The notes beneath the pieces are model-generated. The model saw only the letters and a list, made by a program, of their open reading frames with translations. It searched no databases and was not told the DNA's origin. From a virus, in IMG/VR virus record IMGVR_UViG_3300038468_000027, positions 1-62,880 of that record: 62,880 nt of DNA; one strand, written 5' to 3'. Of the stretch, positions 1 to 8,227 are shown one piece after another (positions within the stretch are counted from its first letter, which is position 1; each line of letters begins with the position of its first letter). The translations under genes were made by a program, and so were the position numbers.

Positions 1-263
1 TTTCTGAGATGAACGCCGTCTGCGTAGACATCTATGGGAGCGACGGCTGTCCACCGTGCGGTCACGAGGCCATAGACTCGGCAATTCTGCGGGAGATCGC
101 CGCGCTGAAAGCCGAGGTGGCCTCCCTCCGCCGCGCCCAACTCCGCCAGCCTGCCATTTGCGCTCATCATCGTAAATACGAGCCGTGCGTGTGGGGTACT
201 GAAACTAAGTGCGGGGCTTTGGTCTGCGAATTTACTCCGCGCAAACAGCAGGCGGGTGGCTGA
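1..263 (+). CDS. 3' part of a Cys-rich hypothetical protein (full copy at 59422..59706)
   Basis: Same frame and translation as 59422..59706, truncated by the window start. Confidence 0.6.
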   Translation, partial: SEMNAVCVDIYGSDGCPPCGHEAIDSAILREIAALKAEVASLRRAQLRQPAICAHHRKYEPCVWGTETKCGALVCEFTPRKQQAGG

Positions 264-321
264 CCGCTGTCTGCAATTTCGGTTTCTCTGGAATTGTAGG
301 CGGCGCGAAGAAAGGGAGATT

Positions 322-603
322 ATGATTTTTGCTGTGGCTGGGACTTTTACAAAGCATATACCATCTGGCCTAAACATACAGTGTGCTATACGAAAGATTG
401 AGGCGGTATCTGGTGATGAGGCAGCAGGTAAATTTCTACGTATTATGACTGATGAGTTACCAGAGCATGGTATACACGTTCGACCTGTTTATGTACCGAT
501 GGAAGACGCGCCGCAGGACACTGTGGAAGAAACCGAAACAGCAGACAACAGCCGCGTTACGCAAGGGGTGAGTACACCCACATTGCCAGAGGCAACGTCG
601 TAA
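322..603 (+). CDS. Hypothetical early protein (93 aa)
   Basis: ORF with GGGAG 6 nt upstream of ATG 322; acidic C-terminus. Confidence 0.55.
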   Translation: MIFAVAGTFTKHIPSGLNIQCAIRKIEAVSGDEAAGKFLRIMTDELPEHGIHVRPVYVPMEDAPQDTVEETETADNSRVTQGVSTPTLPEATS

Positions 604-641
604 CACGGCGCACGTTAGCGGCCATTGCGCCGGAGGGCGAT

Positions 642-1286
642 ATGATAGGTGCGCCGTCCTTTAACAAGCAATGGAGTAGCGTTTGTCGCATTTATGATGC
701 GCCGCGCTCTTCCGTCAATTGGATGGTTCGTAGACACTATTTGGGCAAGTGGCCTGGCGTCGTGAGATGCTGCCTTGTAATGGTAGCCAAAGCCGAGCCG
801 GTCGGCTGCATCATTTTCTCGGAGCCGCCGCGAGAAACAAACGTCCGTTACGGTGGCAAGGGTTTTGAGTTAGCTCGGCTTTGGATTGATGATAATGTGC
901 CGCGGAATGCGGAAACGTGGTTCATTGCGCAGTCTGTCAAAATCGTTCGCAGGAGATTTCCGGGGCTGTCTTATCTTGTTAGCTACGCAGATCCAAGCGC
1001 GGGGCACCGCGGCACGATATACAAGGCAGCAAATTGGACTGCTGACGGTATGACTGACGCCGGGCGGAAGACACCTCGTTGCGATTACGTGGATGAGCGC
1101 GGCAAGAAGTATTCGAGGCGGTCTCACGTTCCTCATGGTTCGGTGATATCAAGGGTTCCTCGCGTATCAAAGTTCCGGTTTGTGTACCGGCTGAACGGCG
1201 CACTGAAGACTGCGGAATCCGGCGCAACAGCCGCTAACAGCGGTAGGGATGCCATGCCGCTGACATTGTGGAATGATGATAAATAG
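642..1286 (+). CDS. Mom-family-like (GNAT-fold) DNA-modification acyltransferase candidate
   Basis: 214 aa. Motif series RRHYLGKW ... FELARLWIDD..PRNAETWF ... LVSYADPSAGHRGTIYKAANW matches my recollection of the Mom/XF1762 acyltransferase family pattern (HHY .. ELxRL .. SYAD..GHxGxIYxAxNW). Confidence 0.6.
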   Translation: MIGAPSFNKQWSSVCRIYDAPRSSVNWMVRRHYLGKWPGVVRCCLVMVAKAEPVGCIIFSEPPRETNVRYGGKGFELARLWIDDNVPRNAETWFIAQSVKIVRRRFPGLSYLVSYADPSAGHRGTIYKAANWTADGMTDAGRKTPRCDYVDERGKKYSRRSHVPHGSVISRVPRVSKFRFVYRLNGALKTAESGATAANSGRDAMPLTLWNDDK

Positions 1287-1357
1287 GCGGCACGGCATCC
1301 GTACCGCGAACGTTGGCAGAAACTCCAGTCATGCTCTTTACATTAAGGAGGTCGGCT

Positions 1358-1621
1358 ATGTGGGTTGTCGTAGCATTTGTGGTTGGAGTAGCGGTTGGCG
1401 TGATCTTGGAATGGTCAGCCTGGACTCGGTGTCGCCGACAGCACATGGGGGTAGGCATTCCTTCCGCATCTGCCAACTCACGCATGGCGCAACTTCCGCC
1501 TATTGATAGGGCCATTGCTGAGTGTGGTATTCGGCCTGGCAGGAGTGATCGTGCCGCGTTTGAGTATACTGGTGCAAATTTCATGTATCAATATCTGCGG
1601 CGGAAACTACCGCCATGCTGA
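1358..1621 (+). CDS. Small membrane protein (N-terminal TM helix)
   Basis: AGGAGG 6 nt upstream of ATG 1358; MWVVVAFVVGVAVGVILEW hydrophobic helix. Confidence 0.6.
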   Translation: MWVVVAFVVGVAVGVILEWSAWTRCRRQHMGVGIPSASANSRMAQLPPIDRAIAECGIRPGRSDRAAFEYTGANFMYQYLRRKLPPC

Positions 1622-1669
1622 ACCGTTGTGGTACATTGTCAATTTATCTTATGGTATTGAGGCGGCTCT

Positions 1670-1885
1670 ATGAATATATGCGATGATTGCCCTAATTCGG
1701 CTGAAGTGGAACGTAGGCGGCAGTGCTTCGATTGTGTCGGCGGGGACGAGCCGCTGGACACTGAGGTAGAAATTGCCAACGCCCCACAACAGCCGCAGGA
1801 ACGCCATTGCTCACACGATGAGTGGAGCAGCGATCCATGTACTGGCATCAAGGTGTGTGTAGATTGCGGTCGAGTTATCAATTAG
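1670..1885 (+). CDS. Cys-rich zinc-ribbon-like small protein
   Basis: CDDC ... CFDC ... C..C pairs; GAGGCGG upstream of the ATG. Confidence 0.6.
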   Translation: MNICDDCPNSAEVERRRQCFDCVGGDEPLDTEVEIANAPQQPQERHCSHDEWSSDPCTGIKVCVDCGRVIN

Positions 1886-1954
1886 CAACGGCGTCCGTGC
1901 GGCGGGCGTTGTGCGAAATAACCGCCCGGAACTTTACAGAAAGGCGCGGCCAAG

Positions 1955-2287
1955 ATGACACTACCTCAGTGTGGATGTAAGCTACAAAATTATTTAGGAT
2001 TACCGAAGCCGACGATGTCCGGTGCACTGGCGAAATATTGGATCGAATGCCCGTGCTGTGGCAAAAGCACGTCGCAGTGTTGCAGCAAGTCAGTTGCTCG
2101 TCGTCAGTGGCGGGTGATGGCCGCGCTGGACATTAAGGAGCGGGCGGTTAAATCTCCTAACCCACGAAGCCCGAAATTGCCGACACTCGAAGAGTTTGCT
2201 TCAGAGTGCTATAAGCACGGCATGGTAGAGTGGCAGGCACGGTTGTTTTACGAGTGGGTGTGTCAGCAACTTCGGGCGGGTGCGTGA
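1955..2287 (+). CDS. Cys-rich small protein, weak Lar-like (restriction alleviation) resemblance
   Basis: IECPCCGKSTSQCCSKSVARRQWRVMA resembles the CxxCG...A..W(N)R core of Lar-family proteins. This is a weak call from memory only. Confidence 0.5.
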   Translation: MTLPQCGCKLQNYLGLPKPTMSGALAKYWIECPCCGKSTSQCCSKSVARRQWRVMAALDIKERAVKSPNPRSPKLPTLEEFASECYKHGMVEWQARLFYEWVCQQLRAGA

Positions 2288-2344
2288 GCGCGTTAGGCAA
2301 AATTTGCGGGGCTTTGAATTTATAGGCCGCCGCAGGGAGGTGGT

Positions 2345-2644
2345 ATGACAGACGTTGAACAGGCTACGGAGCTTTTGCGCAAACTCGCAGCAGCGCAACG
2401 AGCTTTTGACAGGTTGGATGGCTTCGATAAGCTGATTACAGAATCGGAAGTCCGGTTGCGTTACGATGCCATTGTTGGCTCGTTGCTTGTCTTTGAAAGT
2501 GACGTTCGTTCTATGCGCGACCAGTGGAAGGCGGAGGACATTGCTCAATCGGCGGCGGCAGAACTGGCGGAAGCCCCGCAAACTTCGCCTAACAAACCAA
2601 TGGTGTCCGCTTCGCAAATTGCCGCTGACACTAACGAATTATAG
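2345..2644 (+). CDS. Hypothetical protein (helical/coiled)
   Basis: ORF with GGGAGG upstream. Confidence 0.6.
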   Translation: MTDVEQATELLRKLAAAQRAFDRLDGFDKLITESEVRLRYDAIVGSLLVFESDVRSMRDQWKAEDIAQSAAAELAEAPQTSPNKPMVSASQIAADTNEL

Positions 2645-2653
2645 GAGGCGGCG

Positions 2654-2908
2654 ATGCGTGATCTAAAGTGGTTTCGCTCTCTTGGAAAAAGAGACTTTGC
2701 TAATGGTGCTGTGCTCAACGACATTGATGAGGTTTTCCGGTATGCCGCCGCCAAACTGGAGGAACCCGCTCCTTCCACAACCGGCAACACGGCCAATACT
2801 GCCATTGGGCTGCTTCGTGCCGTGGTCTTTCACATTGACGAAATCAAGTTCGGTTGTCTCAAGGGGCTGGAATCCGATATTCGCGAGTGGGCAGCCCAAC
2901 AGCAGTAG
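2654..2908 (+). CDS. Hypothetical protein
   Basis: AGGAGGCGG 2 nt upstream of the ATG. Confidence 0.6.
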   Translation: MRDLKWFRSLGKRDFANGAVLNDIDEVFRYAAAKLEEPAPSTTGNTANTAIGLLRAVVFHIDEIKFGCLKGLESDIREWAAQQQ

Positions 2909-3099
2909 TTGGCCAGGGCGTTGCCGGAAATAAATCCGGCTTTGGAGGTTGTAGTTTGAAAACGCTCATCGAACACATAGCGGCGACGGCCCTGCCCGAT
3001 CAGCGGGGTCCAAGTGTAGGGGTACTCGTTCCTGGTAGTTGCGCCATTTCCCCCGTGGCCGTGGATGTCCTGAACAGTCGCTGCGCTTATCATAGAGAA

Positions 3100-3129
3100 G
3101 CGGGGTGCCGCAAGGTGCCCCGCGTTTTC
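3100..3129 (+). terminator. Rho-independent terminator (GCAA tetraloop hairpin + T-run)
   Basis: GCGGGGTGCC-GCAA-GGTGCCCCGC followed by GTTTTC. Confidence 0.7.
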
Positions 3130-3204
3130 AAAAGAGGACGCACTGTGGCCGGGTTTACATCCGACAACAGGGGCAAGTAAGAAATTGACGAAAGGAGTCT
3201 TGGT

Positions 3205-3282
3205 GTGTTTATCATCGGCGGGTTGCTTGCAGGTGGTATTGCGGTTGCAGTGGTTATTGCCGGGTGGAAGTTGGGTCGATAA
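3205..3282 (+). CDS. Candidate 25-aa single-TM micropeptide
   Basis: AAAGGAG 7 nt upstream of GTG 3205; VFIIGGLLAGGIAVAVVIAGWKLGR then TAA. Below the ORF-track cutoff. Confidence 0.3.
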   Translation: MFIIGGLLAGGIAVAVVIAGWKLGR

Positions 3283-3362
3283 TAGTTCGTCAACTTCTCA
3301 CTTGCCCAGGCGTTGGCAGAAACTACAGTCGCTCAAAGTCAACATATTCATAGGCGGCAACG

Positions 3363-3620
3363 ATGAGCAAAGTATACAGCATAGGCCTTAAGTGCAAGTG
3401 CGGTGAATACGTGACGTTCGACATCGTGCCGAAGGTTGCCGCTGATATTGTGGAATCCGCTCCCTCCGCATCAACTAACACGCTTAGGGATGCCATTGCG
3501 CTACTGGTGGAATGTCGTTCTAAGTTGATTGATATTATGGGTGAGTGTGATAGTGCATTTAATTGCGACTGTTTACCAATGAGAGTAAAACGATTTATAG
3601 ACGCGCAACAGCACCAGTAA
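3363..3620 (+). CDS. Hypothetical protein
   Basis: AGGCGG 5 nt upstream of the ATG. Confidence 0.6.
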   Translation: MSKVYSIGLKCKCGEYVTFDIVPKVAADIVESAPSASTNTLRDAIALLVECRSKLIDIMGECDSAFNCDCLPMRVKRFIDAQQHQ

Positions 3621-3652
3621 GCGGGACGTTAGCCGAAATAAAGGCGGTTTTT

Positions 3653-3907
3653 ATGGATTATAGTTTGGCGCGCAAAGACATTACACCTGCTCAGTATCAG
3701 CAGGAATACTTAGGTAAATTTGTTGCTCAGTGTGCTGTGCATACTCGCAAAGGTGAGCATTGCCCAGATGAGCCTGTGCGCTATATAGAGTTCAACGGTA
3801 AAAAAGTTGGTCTGTGTGAACGGTGCTACCAGAACTATCTCAACGGTGCTTTCGACAAAGAGCGCGCCAAAAGGATAGCTGTGGAAGACCGCCTTTACAT
3901 CGGCTAA
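3653..3907 (+). CDS. Cys-containing hypothetical protein
   Basis: AGGCGG upstream of ATG 3653. The longer upstream ORF extension overlaps the previous gene. Confidence 0.6.
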   Translation: MDYSLARKDITPAQYQQEYLGKFVAQCAVHTRKGEHCPDEPVRYIEFNGKKVGLCERCYQNYLNGAFDKERAKRIAVEDRLYIG

Positions 3908-4004
3908 CAGGCGCAAGTTGACATTAAATCGATCAACTGTGCGCCGGGACGTTGTGGTACATTTACGGTTGCGAAAACCGATATTTGAAAGGCGGCGCGA
4001 AGAA

Positions 4005-4271
4005 ATGAACCACAAACGAGATTTGATTACTGACGGACCTACGTTGTCAATTCAGGCGTGTGATGATGGTGTATGGTTGCATTTTACTACTGCCAGCGGG
4101 AAGCTGCATTGTTCCCTCAATCTGCCGGTGAAATTTGCCAAGGGAACTTATTTATACGACAGTGTGATTTGTCAGTGGGCGCACGATTTTGCGGTCAAAA
4201 ATCAAGACGCTCCGCAGGATACTAAGGAAGCAAAACGGGCACATCGCCCAACAGGCAAAGTGTCGCAATAG
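4005..4271 (+). CDS. Hypothetical protein
   Basis: AGGCGG upstream of internal ATG 4005. Confidence 0.55.
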   Translation: MNHKRDLITDGPTLSIQACDDGVWLHFTTASGKLHCSLNLPVKFAKGTYLYDSVICQWAHDFAVKNQDAPQDTKEAKRAHRPTGKVSQ

Positions 4272-4345
4272 TCAAGGCACTACTGCGCACGTTTGCCGAA
4301 CCGTTGCCGGAAATAGCCCGGCGACCAATTTGTAGGAGGGCGGCT

Positions 4346-4552
4346 ATGAAACGGTATCGCATATTGCGTGAAGACGAATATGTGCGTCGCGGAGATCAGG
4401 TTAGGTTGTCTGATGAGTGGCGTCCTACTGCATACACGCTATCCGATTTGGTAAGGGCCGGTTGTGGTAAAAACTACCGTCGCCCGCTGAGGAAAGCTGA
4501 GCGCCGGTCTACATCCGGCAAGAGGACCGAGTATGCCAAGTGGGGTGGTTAG
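4346..4552 (+). CDS. Hypothetical basic protein
   Basis: GGAGGGCGG 2 nt upstream of ATG 4346. Confidence 0.55.
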   Translation: MKRYRILREDEYVRRGDQVRLSDEWRPTAYTLSDLVRAGCGKNYRRPLRKAERRSTSGKRTEYAKWGG

Positions 4553-4665
4553 CATTAAGTGCGAGCGGACAGGGGGACGAGCAGGAACTCCGCTATGTGG
4601 CTTTGTCCCCCCACCCCCACTCAGCATGTGTCGGCCAGGTCGTTGGTTGAAACGGCAATTTACTT

Positions 4666-4914
4666 TTGACTATGGAGGCCGCCGTGCATCCTTTTCACAA
4701 GTTTGTTCCTATGCCGATCAGTCTTGGCTTAATGAAGCGTGAGGTGGTGGCTCGTCGCAGTTGCGTTGTTTGTGGCCGTACTTTTATCCGGAAGCCTTGG
4801 TATGTCAACTTGTTTGGTTGCCGTAAGTGGATGGAGACACGGCGACTGGACATTGCTGAGGTAAAACGCCACATCAGCCAACAAACCAATGGCGGCGCTT
4901 CGCTAAATGGTTGA
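4666..4914 (+). CDS. Hypothetical protein with CxxC; start uncertain
   Basis: ORF. GGAGG lies inside the first codons, so a GTG a few codons downstream is possible. Confidence 0.45.
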   Translation: MTMEAAVHPFHKFVPMPISLGLMKREVVARRSCVVCGRTFIRKPWYVNLFGCRKWMETRRLDIAEVKRHISQQTNGGASLNG

Positions 4915-4980
4915 AGCAACCACTTCGCCATTGGTCAACCGTTACACGCCATTGTCAATTCACAATATTGGAGGCGCACC

Positions 4981-5178
4981 ATGTTTATTCCGGGGTTTGT
5001 TTTCCACATTGCCGCAACACTCCTAATGCTTGCCGGCCTCGTCTGGTCGTTCAGCCGACGTTCGGGTGGTTGGTGGGATATTGATTTTCTTGCTCCAGCC
5101 AAGGCATTAGGAGTGTTGCTGATTTATGCCTTGTACTGGATTTTAATACTATCAATAAAGGGGTGCGCAGGACACTAA
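4981..5178 (+). CDS. Small membrane protein (2 TM)
   Basis: GGAGGCG upstream; two hydrophobic helices. Confidence 0.6.
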   Translation: MFIPGFVFHIAATLLMLAGLVWSFSRRSGGWWDIDFLAPAKALGVLLIYALYWILILSIKGCAGH

Positions 5179-5278
5179 GGAATCTTGCCAACGGCGTATA
5201 ACTCACGCAATGGACGCCACTCAGTCGCAGCGCACTTGCTCGCCGTTGGGAGAAACGAGGGCATTCACTGGAGGTTAT

Positions 5279-5491
5279 ATGGCGCGGAATAAGTTAGATG
5301 AGTGGTGGGCGGATATGCGCAAAATGCCAAAGGATTTTCTGATATTTATGCTGCGTCGCGCAACGATCCGCGCCAAGCGTGCGGAATCTGCCCTCGCATC
5401 TGCCAACAAGCGCCAGGGACGCCACGCCAAAGCGCGCAGCGCCCGTGGCGCGAAACCGTTGGGTGCAATTCGCGCCCGACCATACAGATAG
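5279..5491 (+). CDS. Small basic protein
   Basis: GGAGG upstream of ATG 5279; Arg/Lys-rich C-terminus. Confidence 0.55.
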   Translation: MARNKLDEWWADMRKMPKDFLIFMLRRATIRAKRAESALASANKRQGRHAKARSARGAKPLGAIRARPYR

Positions 5492-5501
5492 GCGGTTGGC
5501 T

Positions 5502-5759
5502 ATGTGGAATAACGCAGCTTCGGTGCCGTTACCGTCAGATGGTGCCGCTTTTCTTGGTTGTATGCCGGGGCCTCAAGTTGACATTTGCTATTATGATAAG
5601 CAGGATGGGTGCTATCACGATTACTTTTACAAGCAGGTTGTGGAGCCGTGGTTTTGGATGCCTTTGCCAGCCCCGCCAACCGCTCAGGAATGGGGAGCGG
5701 GCGCGAACAGCAGCCCGCCAGTACAAAACGATTGCAGCCCTAGTGGTAGTGGATCATAG
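5502..5759 (+). CDS. DUF551-like protein
   Basis: W..A..LP.DG ... EPWFWMPLPAPP is the DUF551 signature (WMPLPxPP). Confidence 0.6.
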   Translation: MWNNAASVPLPSDGAAFLGCMPGPQVDICYYDKQDGCYHDYFYKQVVEPWFWMPLPAPPTAQEWGAGANSSPPVQNDCSPSGSGS

Positions 5760-5820
5760 GCAATCGCTTCGCACTGGCGCAGATCGTTCTGCGAAATTCC
5801 GCTTTTCTTTGGAGGTTAAT

Positions 5821-6069
5821 ATGGCGGGAGTTTGTAAATACTGTGGGTTTAGTGGTACTCACGAAGCGCTGGCGGATCACGCAGGGCATTGCCCTCCCGA
5901 GCAGTCCCCGCCGGACGCTGTGGAAGAAAAGCTCCACATCGCAGAAGAGCCGCAGCACAAAATTTGCCGCACTTGTTGGGGGTCTGGCCGTCGTCGAAAC
6001 GGATTTGCCGGGTGGAGGCCCTGTAAAAAGTGTGGCGGTAGCGGCAAACTTCGTGCAAGTGCGGCGTGA
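5821..6069 (+). CDS. Small protein with DnaJ-type CxxCxGxG zinc-finger motifs
   Basis: GGAGG upstream of ATG 5821; CRTCWGSG and CKKCGGSG. Confidence 0.6.
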   Translation: MAGVCKYCGFSGTHEALADHAGHCPPEQSPPDAVEEKLHIAEEPQHKICRTCWGSGRRRNGFAGWRPCKKCGGSGKLRASAA

Positions 6070-6107
6070 CATTGGTGGAAATAAACCGGCCTTAATAGGA
6101 GGAACGT

Positions 6108-6332
6108 ATGGTTTGTTCAAGTTGCGGTAGTCGAAAAGTGAAGTACGTGAAGCGCCTCGGTCCAGCGCGAAAGGGTCCCAAGTATGTAACAGATTTCGAA
6201 GGTCGAAAGAAGCTCGCTCCATGTAACGGGGAGGCGCTTCACTATTGCCGTAAGTGTCAGTTGGCGCGCAGGACATTAAGGAGTGCCCCGGTACAGCAAA
6301 CAACAAGCGCCAGTGACGCAATTGGAAACTGA
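6108..6332 (+). CDS. Zinc-ribbon small protein
   Basis: CSSCGS ... CRKC; AGGAGG upstream. Confidence 0.6.
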   Translation: MVCSSCGSRKVKYVKRLGPARKGPKYVTDFEGRKKLAPCNGEALHYCRKCQLARRTLRSAPVQQTTSASDAIGN

Positions 6333-6345
6333 AAGGCGGTTGGCT

Positions 6346-6666
6346 ATGAGGATTGTGCAGATAGCAGCTACTCCAGAAACGACTGATCGGTATGCCGCGC
6401 TTTTTGCGCTGTGTGATGACGGCTCATTATGGTCAGCCATTTGGATGGGGCGTAGTGCCGTAGAGTGGGTCCCGGTGTCAGCACCGCCAACCGCAGCGGA
6501 CAGCGGAGCGCCTGTCGAACAGACAGGCAACACGCTAAAGGCGGCTATTGCTCGCGTCGTCGAGGCGTCCAGTGAGTTGGCCGACTGTGGCGAGGATCAC
6601 GATACGCTGAAGCGGTTGCTGGCGGTGATCGAGCAACGGGCCGCTGTAAGGAAAGGTGCAACATGA
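6346..6666 (+). CDS. Hypothetical protein
   Basis: AAAGGCGGTTGGCTATG, the same leader as gene 5502. Confidence 0.55.
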   Translation: MRIVQIAATPETTDRYAALFALCDDGSLWSAIWMGRSAVEWVPVSAPPTAADSGAPVEQTGNTLKAAIARVVEASSELADCGEDHDTLKRLLAVIEQRAAVRKGAT

Positions 6667-7403
6667 GAGGCATCTACGAACCTGCCGGGCGCGCTCGGGA
6701 GTATGCGGAACTCGCCTGCAACCTCTATACGTCATGCAATCATGGGTGCCGGTACTGCTATGTCAACCTGATTCCGGGGTTCGCCTGCCGGAACACGACG
6801 AGAGCGGTCCCCGAGCCGCGGAAAGGAATCCTGGAACAAGTGGGGCGCGACGTGAGGAAGAAGCCGGGAGATCCGCGCGAGATTCTACTCTGCTTCACCT
6901 GCGACCCCTATCCGGCGCGCGTGGAGACAGTGGTCACCAGGGAGGCTTTGCTCCAACTCGGTTATGGGAAAAGGAAGACCACGGTCCTCACCAAGGGCGG
7001 GATGCGCGCCGCAAGGGATTTCGACATTCTCGCGCGCAATCGGTGGGCGTTCGGACAGTCGATCGGACTTCACACCGAGGCGAAGCTCTCGTTTTGGGAA
7101 CCCCGCGCTGCATCGTTTCAGGATCGTCTCGGAGCCTTTATTCTCGCCAAGGATTTGGGGATACGCACCTGGGCAAGCATCGAGCCGGTCATCGACGCGC
7201 AAGAAGCCTTGGAATGCATCGAGTGGTGCCGGCGATATGTTGACTTCTGGAAGTTCGGAAAAACCAACCACACGAACGCGATTGCCGAGGCGGATCCTTT
7301 CTGGGAGGAGCCGGATTGGAAATCATACCTCACCAAGGCTCTCAAGATCATAGGGAAGACTCCGCACATGGTCAAGGTTGACCTGAAGAAGGCGGTCGCA
7401 TGA
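6663..7403 (+). CDS. Radical SAM enzyme (small, SplB/COG1533-like?)
   Basis: CNHGCRYCY is a CxxxCxxC cluster near the N-terminus, preceded by AREYAELACNLY; 246 aa. Confidence 0.7.
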   Translation: MRGIYEPAGRAREYAELACNLYTSCNHGCRYCYVNLIPGFACRNTTRAVPEPRKGILEQVGRDVRKKPGDPREILLCFTCDPYPARVETVVTREALLQLGYGKRKTTVLTKGGMRAARDFDILARNRWAFGQSIGLHTEAKLSFWEPRAASFQDRLGAFILAKDLGIRTWASIEPVIDAQEALECIEWCRRYVDFWKFGKTNHTNAIAEADPFWEEPDWKSYLTKALKIIGKTPHMVKVDLKKAVA

Positions 7404-7945
7404 TCGCCTTCCCCAAGATCGGAAAGAAGTCCCGATCCCGCAAGTCCTGGAAAGACGCCTGCCTGCGTTTGTGGGGTGAGGCGATCCGTCTCCGCGCAGG
7501 CGGCCGCTGTCAGCGGTGCGGGAAGGAGGCGAGTCTCGACGCGCATCATATCATCCCGCGGGGGACCAGTCCGCACATGGGTTGGTTCGATCCGAACAAC
7601 GGAGTCGCCCTCTGCTTCCAGTGCCACCGGGTTCACGGTCCTCATTCGCTTGACATAGACGAACAGATCGCCTTTCGGTCGTGGGTCGCGGCGTGGCTAA
7701 AGGGAAGAAGCGTCGATTACGAGATACTGAAGATCAAGTGCAAGTCCCGCGACGGTGGAAGGATCACGGAGTTTGAATACCAGATACTTCGCAGATTGCT
7801 TATTGACGAGCGCAACAAGGCAAGGGGGACGCATGACCGTGTGGTGGAAACCAGACCAGGCAGCGAGGGCTCTGGGAGTGCATCGGGTGACGATCTACAA
7901 GTGGTGCCGGGCAAACCTCCTGCACGTCACGACGCATCACGGTAG
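7400..7945 (+). CDS. HNH/NinG-like endonuclease
   Basis: CQRCG ... DAHHIIPR ... NGVALCFQCH; ATGA overlap with the radical SAM gene. Confidence 0.7.
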   Translation: MIAFPKIGKKSRSRKSWKDACLRLWGEAIRLRAGGRCQRCGKEASLDAHHIIPRGTSPHMGWFDPNNGVALCFQCHRVHGPHSLDIDEQIAFRSWVAAWLKGRSVDYEILKIKCKSRDGGRITEFEYQILRRLLIDERNKARGTHDRVVETRPGSEGSGSASGDDLQVVPGKPPARHDASR

Positions 7946-8174
7946 GATGCGCATCCGTCCTACGGGCCATTGGTTTACAACTGAGCAGCTTGGGAACGCG
8001 GCGGGCTATTCTCGGCAGTGGATTTGGGTCCTCATTGACTGCGGGAGAATCAAGGCGCGGATGTGCGGGCGGAGATACATGATCCCTCTGGAAGAAGCCC
8101 GGGATCTCATCGTGGCGCGGGTAACGGGCAACCGTAAGTCTTTGAGTATTCGGAAGATAGAAAATAGTAGATGA
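7833..8174 (+). CDS. Excisionase/MerR-type HTH DNA-binding protein (two HTH-like segments)
   Basis: ALGVHRVTIYKWCRANLL and AAGYSRQWIWVLIDCGRIKA...YMIPLEEA; GGGGGA upstream of ATG 7833. Overlaps the HNH tail. Confidence 0.55.
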   Translation: MTVWWKPDQAARALGVHRVTIYKWCRANLLHVTTHHGRMRIRPTGHWFTTEQLGNAAGYSRQWIWVLIDCGRIKARMCGRRYMIPLEEARDLIVARVTGNRKSLSIRKIENSR

Positions 8175-8180
8175 AATGGC

Positions 8181-8209
8181 TTGGCTCGGGATGTGTTTGG
8201 ATGTATACT
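8181..8209 (+). promoter_or_regulatory. Sigma70-like promoter TTGGCT-N17-TATACT
   Basis: Read directly from the sequence; 19 nt upstream of ATG 8228. Confidence 0.5.
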
Positions 8210-8227
8210 TATATACGAGGTTATCCA

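Larger units (their letters stand above)
1..3437. repeat. Direct repeat copy A, identical to 59444..62880 (genome wrap-around or long direct terminal repeat)
   Basis: Every ORF in 9..3391 recurs with an identical translation at +59,443. Nucleotide lines spot-checked at both ends match. The repeat runs to both window edges. Confidence 0.95.

Noticed and set aside
2830-3180. Competing ORFs between gene 2654..2908 and the terminator: + strand 2854..3180 (or TTG 2957) and minus strand 2830..3093
   Set aside because: The + frame runs through the terminator hairpin at 3100..3123. The minus ORF has gene-like codons but would be a lone antisense gene overlapping 2654..2908 by 79 nt, with the hairpin at its start. 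The evidence is insufficient either way, so it is left unannotated.
5302-5820. Upstream part of the 255-aa ORF 5302..6069, and ORF 6656..7243
   Set aside because: They overlap better-supported genes in other frames (5279..5491, the DUF551 gene, the radical-SAM gene). Only the last 83 codons (5821..6069) have an RBS and zinc-finger motifs.
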